The notes under the pieces were generated by a model. That model was not told the DNA's origin and did no database searches. It was given only the letters and a program-made list of their open reading frames with translations. Of a DNA stretch of 13,942 nucleotides, positions 1 through 7,831 are shown piece after piece; position 1 is the stretch's first letter, and every line of letters begins with the position of its first letter. The stretch comes from Clostridia bacterium (GTDB taxonomy: Bacteria; Bacillota; Clostridia; Christensenellales; Aristaeellaceae): positions 1 through 13,942 of the forward strand of contig JAZLIA010000143.1 of NCBI GenBank assembly GCA_045617125.1, given 5' to 3'. The position numbers and the translations under genes are program-made.

Positions 1-755
1 AGCCCCGAGCCGAAGGACTGCACCACCGCGTCTCCTCCCCCGGCAAAACAGGGCGTTCCTGAAAGCAATCCGGTCGCCTGCGCCGCCTCGTTTGTTATGC
101 GTCCGGCCAGTTCAGTGGATTCCATCGTTTCCGGAAACACATTCAATCTCAATCCCGAGGCGCGGATCAATTCCTTGTGCCAGCAGCGATTTTTTGTGTC
201 AAAAAAGCCCGTTCCGGACGCCTCCGACACATCCATGCATTTTTTCCCGGTGAGACGGAAACGCAGATAATCCTTGGGGCACAGAAACACCTTCATCGCG
301 CGGTCATGCTCCGGTTCCTCTTCTTTCAGCCAGAGGAGCTTTCCGCCGGTGTAACCGGTGAGCATCACATTATTGGTCATCAGGATCAACGAATCCCGGC
401 CGCCCGCAGCACGCTCGATCTCGTCACACTGCTTCTGTGTGCGCTGATCGCACCATAAAAACGCCCTGCGGATCACCCGGCCCTCTCCATCCAGAGCAAC
501 AAGGCCGTGCATCTGCCCGGAAAAAGAAATGCCGTCAATATCTCCGGCAGCCACTCCGGGCATCTGAAGCAGTTTTTTCACCGCTCCAAAGGCCGCGCTT
601 ACCCAATCCTCCGGGTCCTGCTCCGCCCAACCCGGACGGGGCGTATATAAAGGATATTCCAAAGATGCGGAAAAACGGGTGATCCCGGCCCGATCCACCA
701 GAATGGCTTTCGCTGCAGAAGTTCCGATATCGATTCCAAGCAGATACATCGTCAT
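1..755 (-). CDS. xylB: FGGY-family carbohydrate kinase, most likely xylulokinase. Only the N-terminal ~251 codons are present; the 3' end runs off the window.
   Basis: Absent from the ORF track because there is no stop inside the window. My minus-strand translation from ATG 755-753 reads MTMYLLGIDIGTSAAKAILVD..PGWAEQDPEDW..DGISFSGQMHGLVALD..RAFLWCDQRT..GYTGGKLLWLKEEEP..FAGGGDAVVQSFGSGA and stays open to base 1. The GIDxGTSxxK, GQMHG and WCDQR blocks are FGGY/xylulokinase N-domain signatures. A purine-rich SD (CAGGAAACGAGGAA) abuts the ATG. The second ATG at 749-747 is an equally plausible start. Confidence 0.8.
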   Translation of the reverse strand, partial: MTMYLLGIDIGTSAAKAILVDRAGITRFSASLEYPLYTPRPGWAEQDPEDWVSAAFGAVKKLLQMPGVAAGDIDGISFSGQMHGLVALDGEGRVIRRAFLWCDQRTQKQCDEIERAAGGRDSLILMTNNVMLTGYTGGKLLWLKEEEPEHDRAMKVFLCPKDYLRFRLTGKKCMDVSEASGTGFFDTKNRCWHKELIRASGLRLNVFPETMESTELAGRITNEAAQATGLLSGTPCFAGGGDAVVQSFGSG

Positions 756-887
756 TTCCTCGTTTCCTGTATTCTATTTCTATTTCTGCATCCGTTTCCG
801 GTTTCCTGCTTTTCCGTTCAAAAAACATCCGGGGTCTTCTTTCTTTGAAACAGCGATCTGCCTGTTCCGTTTCGCAATTCCTTTATG

Positions 888-916
888 TTGACATCAGAAG
901 CGGATTTGTATAAAAT
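888..916 (+). promoter_or_regulatory. Sigma-A type promoter for the GH10 gene
   Basis: Perfect -35 TTGACA (888-893), a 17-nt spacer, then TAAAAT (911-916). The alternative TATAAA (909-914) gives a 15-nt spacer. It lies ~45 nt upstream of the AAAGGAGG RBS and sits inside the over-extended track ORF (885..), which argues for the 963 start. Confidence 0.6.
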
Positions 917-962
917 GGGCAGGTATAAGAAAGACTCGATCCCCCCAAAGGAGGTTATTTCA

Positions 963-2045
963 ATGAAAAGCGCACTTGAAGCCACCCCGCTCCGTGAAGC
1001 CTATCAGGATCTGTTCATGATGGGTGCGGCGATCAATTCCTGGAACACGGAGGATCCGGCCTATCGGGCTTTGATCCTGCGTCATTTTAACTCCATTACC
1101 GCTGAAAATGAGATGAAGCCCGGCCCGGTGCTGGACCATGAAAAGACGCTGGAACTTCATGACGATATCCGCACCGCCCAGAATTTCACAAAAGTGGATA
1201 AGCTGCTCTCTTTCGCAAAAGAGAACGGGATAAAGGTTCGCTTCCATGTGCTGTGCTGGCATGGGCAGACCCCCATCTGGTTCTTCACGGAAGGCTGGGA
1301 GGATGTGCCTTTCAAGACCCTTATCGAAAACGGCTTCAAGGCCAACTTCGTATCCAAAGAAACGCTGCTTGCCCGTCAGGAATACTACATACAAAGCATC
1401 ATGACCCATGTGAACACCTGCTTCCCCGGGGTAGTCTACTGCTGGGATGTGGTAAATGAAGCGATCGAACCCAGCCAGAATGCACCCGGCGGTTTCCGGG
1501 AAAAAAGCCCATGGTATCAGATCTGCAGGGAAGATTTTCTCTATGCCGCCTTCCGTGCAGCGCGGAAATATCAAGCCCCGGGTCAGCTTCTTTTCTACAA
1601 CGATTATGAATGCTATGATGAAAAGAAGCTGGAATGCATCCTTGCCGTGCTGAAAAAGCTGAAGGAAGAAAACCTGGCAGACGGAATGGGTATGCAGGCT
1701 CACCTCAATATGGATCATCCTTCTATGGAGATGGTGGAGCGTGCCGCCCGGGCTTATGCCTCTCTGGGACTCATCCTGCAGGTGACCGAGCTGGATATTC
1801 ACTGCCCTTCTTCGGAACCCGAAGCACAGGCAGCCCTCGCTAAAAGGTATGAAGACTATTTCTCCATCCTTGTGCGTTTGAAAAAGGAGGGCATCCCCGT
1901 AAGCAGTGCCACCTTCTGGGGCCTGACCGACCGCGACAGCTGGCTGACCGGCTTCCGCAAATGCCCCAGCTTCCCCCTGCTCTTCTCCGGAGAAAAGGAG
2001 GCAAAGCCCGCTTTTGACGCGGTGATCAGTCTTGCCCGTAAATGA
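963..2045 (+). CDS. Glycoside hydrolase family 10 endo-1,4-beta-xylanase, with no signal peptide (predicted cytoplasmic)
   Basis: Part of track ORF 885..2045. The start moves to ATG 963 (M27), preceded by AAAGGAGG at 947-954. GH10 hallmarks are FNSITAENEMKP, WHGQTP, CWDVVNEA (acid/base Glu) and QVTELDIH (nucleophile Glu). The N-terminus MKSALEATPLREAYQDLF has no hydrophobic leader. Confidence 0.93.
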   Translation: MKSALEATPLREAYQDLFMMGAAINSWNTEDPAYRALILRHFNSITAENEMKPGPVLDHEKTLELHDDIRTAQNFTKVDKLLSFAKENGIKVRFHVLCWHGQTPIWFFTEGWEDVPFKTLIENGFKANFVSKETLLARQEYYIQSIMTHVNTCFPGVVYCWDVVNEAIEPSQNAPGGFREKSPWYQICREDFLYAAFRAARKYQAPGQLLFYNDYECYDEKKLECILAVLKKLKEENLADGMGMQAHLNMDHPSMEMVERAARAYASLGLILQVTELDIHCPSSEPEAQAALAKRYEDYFSILVRLKKEGIPVSSATFWGLTDRDSWLTGFRKCPSFPLLFSGEKEAKPAFDAVISLARK

Positions 2046-2086
2046 CCCGATATTCCACATTCTTTTCGATCATAAGAGGTGACCTT

Positions 2087-2656
2087 ATGCTGAATGAATT
2101 GTTCGCTGTGATCCAGAATTACGATTTTGACCTGCTCTATGTGATCCAGAACCTGCGCTGCGAGTTTCTGGACGCGTTCTTCCTTGCCGTCACTTCCATT
2201 GCCGGAAACTACGGCCACATTTGGGTTGTGCTCGGCCTGGTGCTGCTCATTTTCAAAAAGACCCGTGCCTGCGGCATTGCCATTCTGCTTTCGTATGGCC
2301 TGGTGTTCCTTTCAGGTCAGCTGCTGCTGAAGGATCTGATCGCCCGTCCCCGTCCCTGCACATTGAATGAGACCGTGCAGCTCATAATAAGCCGTCCCAC
2401 CAGCTTCTCCTGCCCTTCCACCCACACAGCCTGGGCCTTCGGCGCGGTTACCGCAGTGTTTGCCTTCGGCAAAAAATGGGGCTTCGCGGCACTCATTCCC
2501 GCGCTGATCATTGCTTTCAGCCGTCTTTACCTGTTTGTACACTTCCCCACCGATATTCTCCTGGGCGCGGTGCTGGGCATCCTGTGCGGTGTGATCGCTG
2601 TTTTGATCGTGAAAGCCGTCAAAAGGAAGTTGACTCCTGCAGCCAGCGCTGTTTGA
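2087..2656 (+). CDS. PAP2-superfamily membrane phosphatase (undecaprenyl-diphosphate / phosphatidic-acid phosphatase type)
   Basis: Part of track ORF 2042..2656. The start moves to ATG 2087 (MLNELFAV), preceded by AAGAGGTGA. The three-part PAP2 motif is present: KDLIARPRP, PSTH and SRLYLFVHFPTDIL. The protein has several hydrophobic helices. Confidence 0.88.
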   Translation: MLNELFAVIQNYDFDLLYVIQNLRCEFLDAFFLAVTSIAGNYGHIWVVLGLVLLIFKKTRACGIAILLSYGLVFLSGQLLLKDLIARPRPCTLNETVQLIISRPTSFSCPSTHTAWAFGAVTAVFAFGKKWGFAALIPALIIAFSRLYLFVHFPTDILLGAVLGILCGVIAVLIVKAVKRKLTPAASAV

Positions 2657-2682
2657 CCATCAATCCATATCAGGATCGCTGC

Positions 2683-2730
2683 AAGAGGGGGCTGCCGCAG
2701 AACAATATCTGCGCCATCCCCCTCTTTTTT
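2683..2730 (+). terminator. Rho-independent terminator between convergent genes (PAP2 on the plus strand, permease on the minus strand)
   Basis: AAGAGGGGG (2683-2691) pairs with CCCCCTCTT (2718-2726). An inner GCAGA/TCTGC helix sits inside, and TTTTTT follows on the plus strand. In the minus-strand sense the same stem lacks a U tail, so it is weaker for the permease operon. Confidence 0.7.
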
Positions 2731-2750
2731 ATATTTTCTGTTTCTATCCG

Positions 2751-4349
2751 TCAGCCCTTCACGCCGCCGGCAGTAAGCCCGCTCACCAGATGCTTTTCAA
2801 TGCAGATAAACAGGATCACCACAGGAATGGTGGCCAGCAGAGCCGCAGCGAAAAGATACTGCCATTCGATCATATTGAAGGAGGAGAACTGGGTGATGCC
2901 CACGGTTATAGGTCTGAGAGAAGCAGTGGAGATCAGCACCGTGGAAATGGTATATTCGTTCCAGGCATTGATAAACACGAAAATGAGCGCGGTCACAATG
3001 CCCGGGGCAGCCATCGGCAGCAGGATCCGGATCAGCGCCCCGATGCGGGTGCAGCCGTCAATGTAGGCTGCCTGTTCCATTTCACCGGAAATGGAATTGA
3101 AGGTGCCGCGAAGCAGCCAGATCGCAAAAGCCTGATTGAATGCCGCATTGATCAGCATCAGCCCCCACAGGGCGTCATTCAAATGAAGGGTGTTCATCAG
3201 CTGGGAAATGCCGATCAAAAGCACCACGGGAGAAAACATCTGGCTCATGATCACAAAGCCCAGGAATGCTTTACGCCCCCTGAAGCGCATACGGGACAGG
3301 GCATAGGCAGCCGGAATGCCGCAAAGCATTGCGATCCCGGTGGCGCCAAAGGAAAGCAAAATGGAATTGACAAGATATCCAAGCACGCCCCGGTCAATGA
3401 TATCCCGAAGGTTGCCGAACACCCATTTTACCGGCAGCACATGCAGGAAATACATATCCGTCGTTTCAGCATTGCTGCGGAAACCGGTGATAAGCATAAC
3501 ATAGTAGGGGTACAGTGTGATCACGCACACGACGACCACAAACAGATAAAGCGTTCCCCGGGCCAAGGTCTTTTTGAGAGCGCCATGGCGAAGCAGGATC
3601 GCTGAAAGCATCATCGCAAAAAGTGTCGGGATCAGCAGCCAGTAAAGCGGATTGAGTTCAAACGTGAACCCGGCTGCCATTTCCTGCGCCTTCTCCCCCG
3701 CATTACCGCCAAACACAAAGGCATCCAGGGCAGAGAAGAAAGCATCCTTCCCATCGCTGATCAGGTTATTACGGTAAAGAGTGATGCGCCTTGAAAGGTG
3801 ATAGGTGTTGCTCATCGCGAACACACACACCAGCGCCAGCGAAATAAGGGAAAACACACAGGCGGCGGTACGGAAAGACCGGGCAGTAAGGGAAAGATCA
3901 CGGTATTCCTGATCAAAGGAAGAGGCAAGCCCGATCACCGCTGTTACAACGGTGAGTGAAACGCAGCAGAGCAGCAGTACCAGTATCGTTTTCGAAGGAA
4001 GAGCGGAACCCAGAAAATCCAGTGCGCTCTTTTTTTCCTCCTGCCGGATGCTGAAAGCCACCATGGAAGTGGTGACTCCCTTGGAATTCACCCGTTCCGT
4101 CACCGTTTCAAGGATCTCCGCCTCCAGACCTCTGGCACGGTATTCCTCCGCAGCGGCCTCCGCCTCCGCCCGAACGGAGAGATACTTTTCATCTCCAACA
4201 AAGGTGTTTCCGGATTTTTTCGTATAGACATCGGTACTGAAGGTGTACATCGGAACAGACAGGAGCAGAACCGTGATGACCGCCGCAAGGATCAGCACTG
4301 ACAGGTAAAGCGCATTGCTGCGGCGTTTGGAAGGAGCGGATCTTTTCAT
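2751..4349 (-). CDS. Carbohydrate ABC transporter permease (MalG/AraQ-type core) with a long N-terminal extension, 532 aa
   Basis: Part of track ORF 2751..4634. The start moves to ATG 4349-4347 (MKRSAPSKRR), which overlaps the TGA of the upstream permease as ATGA (4351-4347). The C-terminal ~275 aa is a typical 6-TM permease with the EAA loop EQAAYIDGCTRIGALIRILLPMAAPG. Residues 1-257 add four extra hydrophobic segments. Confidence 0.9.
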   Translation of the reverse strand: MKRSAPSKRRSNALYLSVLILAAVITVLLLSVPMYTFSTDVYTKKSGNTFVGDEKYLSVRAEAEAAAEEYRARGLEAEILETVTERVNSKGVTTSMVAFSIRQEEKKSALDFLGSALPSKTILVLLLCCVSLTVVTAVIGLASSFDQEYRDLSLTARSFRTAACVFSLISLALVCVFAMSNTYHLSRRITLYRNNLISDGKDAFFSALDAFVFGGNAGEKAQEMAAGFTFELNPLYWLLIPTLFAMMLSAILLRHGALKKTLARGTLYLFVVVVCVITLYPYYVMLITGFRSNAETTDMYFLHVLPVKWVFGNLRDIIDRGVLGYLVNSILLSFGATGIAMLCGIPAAYALSRMRFRGRKAFLGFVIMSQMFSPVVLLIGISQLMNTLHLNDALWGLMLINAAFNQAFAIWLLRGTFNSISGEMEQAAYIDGCTRIGALIRILLPMAAPGIVTALIFVFINAWNEYTISTVLISTASLRPITVGITQFSSFNMIEWQYLFAAALLATIPVVILFICIEKHLVSGLTAGGVKG

Positions 4350-5239
4350 CACTCGTCCTCCTTCCTGAGAGAAACGATCATATAGACCCCGGCACACAGG
4401 CACAGGACCCCAAAACCGATCACAGACAAGGCTGTGGCCGGTCCTTTCTTTCGGTCGTAAAACGCCAGCATATACAGATATGTGATCAGCGTATCCGTCT
4501 TGTTGGCAGGAGCCCCTTTGGTCATAGTATACACAATGGGGAAGGAATTGAAAACATAGATGATGTTCAGCACGGTGCTGACGGTGATCTGCGGCCTCAC
4601 CAGCGGGGCCGTGATCAGGCGGATCTCCTGCCACATACTGGCGCCATCCACCGTGGCAGCTTCATAATAAGAAGAACTGATAGACTGCAATCCGGCCAAT
4701 ACCGTGAAGGTAACAAAAGGAACCGTCACAAAAATGCCAACACCGCACTCCCACAGAAATTCCACCTGATAGGACGGCCGCCAGTTGATGGCATTACGGA
4801 TGATTCCGGCATTGAGAAGGATGTTGTTGAGGTTGCCGTATTCAAACTTGATAATATAATTCCAGGCAGAAGCCTGAATGACCAGAGAGGTCGCCCATGG
4901 AAAAACCACCACGGAACGGGCAAGCTTTCTGCCAAAGAAGCGCTGGTTCAGTACAAGCGCCAGAATAAAACCGATCAGCGTGGAAAGCCCCACCACCAGC
5001 ACGACCCAGATGACGGTGTTGAGCATCACCTGGCCAAACGCAGGCTGGCTGATGGCTTCCCGGAAGTTATCCATTCCCACAAAGCCGCCGATCACACTGG
5101 ATTTGGAGATCTCGCTGAAGGAAAGGCGAAACACGATCCCAATGGGAAAAACCACGAAGATCATCATCAGCAAAGCACTCGGCAGAAGCCACAGATAGGG
5201 CTCCACCTTATTTCGGGTCTGTACAACTGTATTAGCCAA
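4349..5239 (-). CDS. Carbohydrate ABC transporter permease (MalF/UgpA-type), 296 aa
   Basis: Part of track ORF 4349..5353. The start moves to TTG 5239-5237 (LANTVVQTRNKVEPYLWLLPS), 7 nt after a perfect AAGGAGGT. The track's upstream extension runs through an intergenic hairpin. EAA loop: YYEAATVDGASMWQEIRLITAPLVRP. Confidence 0.9.
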   Translation of the reverse strand: MANTVVQTRNKVEPYLWLLPSALLMMIFVVFPIGIVFRLSFSEISKSSVIGGFVGMDNFREAISQPAFGQVMLNTVIWVVLVVGLSTLIGFILALVLNQRFFGRKLARSVVVFPWATSLVIQASAWNYIIKFEYGNLNNILLNAGIIRNAINWRPSYQVEFLWECGVGIFVTVPFVTFTVLAGLQSISSSYYEAATVDGASMWQEIRLITAPLVRPQITVSTVLNIIYVFNSFPIVYTMTKGAPANKTDTLITYLYMLAFYDRKKGPATALSVIGFGVLCLCAGVYMIVSLRKEDE

Positions 5240-5283
5240 AGAAAGTACCTCCTTGACGAGATCGAAGAAAATCCCGGTAACGA

Positions 5284-5325
5284 ATAAAAACCGTCGGACG
5301 TGCCCGGAAAATTCCGGGCACGTCC
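5284..5325 (-). terminator. Intercistronic stem-loop after the binding-protein gene (attenuator or mRNA-stabiliser rather than a full terminator)
   Basis: Perfect 12-bp GC-rich inverted repeat GGACGTGCCCGG / CCGGGCACGTCC (5296-5325) with a 6-nt loop. On the minus-strand RNA it is followed by GACGGUUUUUAUU. The U run starts 5 nt after the stem, so this is not a textbook terminator. Confidence 0.6.
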
Positions 5326-5362
5326 TTGTTTGAATGACTGCTAATTCAGTCAAAAGGAAATT

Positions 5363-6622
5363 TTACTTGGTCAGTTCTTCCTGAAGCTTGGTCAGCTCGG
5401 CAGCCACGTCAGCACCGGTCAGAGCAGCCTGCTCGGCCTTGATAACACCCTGCTTCACAGCATCCCAGTCAGCCATCGCGGTGGGATAGAACTGGCAGGA
5501 AGCCAGAACATCCAGCCAGGCCTGGAAGGAAGGATCCGATTCAACCAGAGCGCCGACAGCGGAGTTCACAGCAGGCAGGAAGCCTTCCATGGAAACCCAG
5601 CCAACATAGTTCTCGGGATCGTAGAAGAACTTGAGGAACTTGCCGATGGCTTCGTTGCGGGCAGCCTGATCAGCAAAAGAATCATCCTTGAACGCCATCA
5701 CGCGGTCCATAACGCCCACGGAGGAAGAAGTGCAGCCCTCATTGGCGGGGATGCCGGCGGTAGCATAGTTCACATTGGTGTAGCCCTTTTCGGCAATGTA
5801 GGAGGGAACGCTGTTGGGAGCGATCACCATGGCCAGCTTGCCGGCGCCGAACATATCCTGCAGGTCATAACGGGTCTGAGTGGCGGGATTGGGGTTTGTG
5901 AAGCCCTTGTTGACCAGGCCAATCGCGTATTCGATCGCCTTCACGTTGGCTTCGGAATTCAGAGCCCAGTTGCCTTCAGCATCCACGAAACCGCCGTTGT
6001 TGGCCCACACATAGTAGGCGAAAGCAGCCTGACCTTCGTCAGTGGTCATATCGATGCCCCAGGGATACACTTCACCGTTGTAGAAATCCACGATGGCCTG
6101 AGCAGCATCTTCCAGATCAGCCCAGGTGGCGGGAACTTCCACACCCACTTCATTCAGGATGTCGGCATTGTAATACAGAGCGCGGGCAGAAGCCAAATCG
6201 GGCACAGCCCACACAGTTCCGTCGATCACGGACTGATCAATGAAGGAAGGGAAGAAATCCTGGAACAGGTCTTCCGGGCAATAGTCCTTCACGGGGAGCA
6301 GCAGGCCTTCATTGGCGTAGTTCGCAAACACGTCGATATTGAGGATGTCGGGGGCATTGTTATTGGCAATGCGGGTGTCAACAACCGTGTACACATCATT
6401 CCAGGAAACGACTTCCAGGTTCAGCTTCACGCCGGCGTTCTCGGCTTCGAACTTGTCAACAAAGTTGGTGCCGTTCATGCCGGTGCCCAGGAACCATTCC
6501 TGAGTGTTGGGGCCATACTGGCAGATGATCACATCGAGGGTGATGGCATCTTCCGCGGCCGCAAAGCAGGCGCAGGAAAGCGCCATCATAGCAGCCAGAA
6601 CAAGTGCGATGATCTTCTTCAT
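5363..6622 (-). CDS. Extracellular solute-binding protein (family 1) of a carbohydrate ABC importer
   Basis: Track ORF of 419 aa with RBS AAAGGAGG upstream. The N-terminal signal peptide MKKIIALVLAAMMALSCACFAAAEDA contains Cys residues, so a lipoprotein is possible. Length and composition are typical of CUT1 sugar-binding proteins. Confidence 0.9.
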   Translation of the reverse strand: MKKIIALVLAAMMALSCACFAAAEDAITLDVIICQYGPNTQEWFLGTGMNGTNFVDKFEAENAGVKLNLEVVSWNDVYTVVDTRIANNNAPDILNIDVFANYANEGLLLPVKDYCPEDLFQDFFPSFIDQSVIDGTVWAVPDLASARALYYNADILNEVGVEVPATWADLEDAAQAIVDFYNGEVYPWGIDMTTDEGQAAFAYYVWANNGGFVDAEGNWALNSEANVKAIEYAIGLVNKGFTNPNPATQTRYDLQDMFGAGKLAMVIAPNSVPSYIAEKGYTNVNYATAGIPANEGCTSSSVGVMDRVMAFKDDSFADQAARNEAIGKFLKFFYDPENYVGWVSMEGFLPAVNSAVGALVESDPSFQAWLDVLASCQFYPTAMADWDAVKQGVIKAEQAALTGADVAAELTKLQEELTK

Positions 6623-6666
6623 AAAGAAAATCCTCCTTTGATATTCAGGATCAATCCTGTGCAGAT

Positions 6667-6695
6667 ATCATATCCCAAAAACGCCTGTTTGTAAA
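6667..6695 (-). promoter_or_regulatory. Candidate sigma-A promoter in front of the binding-protein gene
   Basis: Minus strand reads TTTACA (6695-6690), a 17-nt spacer, then TATGAT (6672-6667). It lies ~45 nt upstream of ATG 6622. Confidence 0.55.
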
Positions 6696-6741
6696 CCGTT
6701 TTTGCCATTTTGCTTCATGAACTCACCTGAAACCCGGCTGA

Positions 6742-7773
6742 TCAGAAATCATCATCCGGCTGATCGTCGCGCCAGCCCAGCACGCTGTGCTGTTTCACAT
6801 AGCTGACGACCTCATCGACCGTCGTGAACGCCAGGCCGACATGGGTGTCCGCCGCGCCGTAATAGATCGCGATCCTGCCGGTATCCTCATCCTGCAGCGT
6901 GGCACAGGGGAACACCACATTGGGCACAAAGCCGGTGGTCTCATAGCTTTCTTCCGGCGTAAGCAAATGATTTTCACACCGATAGAGAACCCTGCTGGGC
7001 TCATCCCGATCCAGAATCGCCGCGCCCATGGAATAGACAAACCCATTACACGTGGTAGCCACGCCATGATAAAACATCAGCCATCCTTCACTGGTTTCGA
7101 TCGGCGCCGCACCGGCCCCGATCTTGACCGACTCCCACCATTCGTTTCCGCGTCCCATCACATGACGGTGCCGTCCCCAGAAAACAAGATCGGGGGATTC
7201 AGAAATGAAGATATCTCCGAAGGGAGTGTGTCCGCTGTCCGAAGGGCGTGAGAGCAGCCTGTAGGTGCCGTTGATACGGCGCGGAAACAGCACCGCATTG
7301 CGGTTGAAGGGAATAAAGGGATTTTCGCAGCGGGTGAAAGAAACAAAGTCCTTCGTTTTCGCCATGCCGATCGCAGCACCGTAAAAGTCTGTACACCAGA
7401 TGATATAGTAGGTATCCTCCACCTTCACCAGGCGGGGATCATAAGCATAATGGGGCATGCGCAGGTTTCCCTTTTCATCCCGGAACGGGACCTTTTCGCG
7501 TTCCACATCCCAGTGGATGCCATCCCTGGAATGGCCCAGATACACCTGCGGGATGCCGTTCACCTGTTCGCCTCTCAGCACCGCGATGAAGCCGTCCTTC
7601 CAGGGCACCACGGCGCTGTTAAAGATGCGGGCGATCTCCGGGGTGGGGTTCCTGCCCATCACCGGGTTCCCGGAATACCTCCACACCGGAGACGCTGAAG
7701 CGCTTCCTTCCGGTTTATCCTGCCATGGAATATTCGGAAGCGATCCTGCGTTTACGAGCTTTACCTTGTTCAT
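6742..7773 (-). CDS. GH130-family glycoside phosphorylase (beta-1,4-mannoside / mannooligosaccharide phosphorylase-like), 343 aa, no signal peptide
   Basis: Track ORF with RBS GGAGGGAAAAGAAT before the ATG. GH130-type blocks are NPVMGRNP, FNSAVVPW, HYAYDPRLVKVEDTYYI (DPR with the proposed catalytic Asp), PFNRNAVLFPRR, LLSRPSD and WLMFYHGV. The Arg/Asn/Arg/His positions used for phosphate binding in characterised phosphorylases appear to be retained. Confidence 0.88.
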   Translation of the reverse strand: MNKVKLVNAGSLPNIPWQDKPEGSASASPVWRYSGNPVMGRNPTPEIARIFNSAVVPWKDGFIAVLRGEQVNGIPQVYLGHSRDGIHWDVEREKVPFRDEKGNLRMPHYAYDPRLVKVEDTYYIIWCTDFYGAAIGMAKTKDFVSFTRCENPFIPFNRNAVLFPRRINGTYRLLSRPSDSGHTPFGDIFISESPDLVFWGRHRHVMGRGNEWWESVKIGAGAAPIETSEGWLMFYHGVATTCNGFVYSMGAAILDRDEPSRVLYRCENHLLTPEESYETTGFVPNVVFPCATLQDEDTGRIAIYYGAADTHVGLAFTTVDEVVSYVKQHSVLGWRDDQPDDDF

Positions 7774-7831
7774 ATTCTTTTCCCTCCATATATAATAGAT
7801 TCGTTCCTTCCCTCCCGGTCCATACTTTCCG

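Noticed and set aside
177-828. Track ORFs 177..458(+), 437..682(+) and 535..828(-)
   Set aside because: All three overlap the edge-truncated xylulokinase frame, which has strong FGGY motifs. They are off-frame or antisense artefacts.
960-2060. 366-aa ORF on the minus strand, covering the whole GH10 gene
   Set aside because: This is a shadow ORF antisense to a gene with unmistakable GH10 motifs. Its translation is low-complexity (Gly/Glu/His-rich) and has no RBS or recognisable domain.
2790-3605. 271-aa plus-strand ORF inside the permease gene
   Set aside because: It lies antisense to a well-supported ABC permease. The product is highly charged (H/R/G/D-rich), which is typical of reverse-frame translation of a membrane-protein gene.
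4350-4634. Upstream extension of permease 2 (the 627-aa version)
   Set aside because: It would overlap 285 nt of permease 1 in another frame. ATG 4349 forms an ATGA overlap with the upstream stop, and its product begins with a typical basic N-terminus followed by a TM.
5240-5353. Upstream extension of permease 1 to the track's TTG start at 5353
   Set aside because: The extension reads through the 12-bp intergenic hairpin and has no RBS. A perfect AAGGAGGT precedes the TTG at 5239, and the resulting 296-aa size is canonical.
6687-6700. cre-like / LacI-operator-like TGTAAACCGTTTTT near the binding-protein promoter
   Set aside because: It fails the central CG and the right half-site of the CcpA cre consensus (TGWAANCGNTNWCA), and it is not palindromic.
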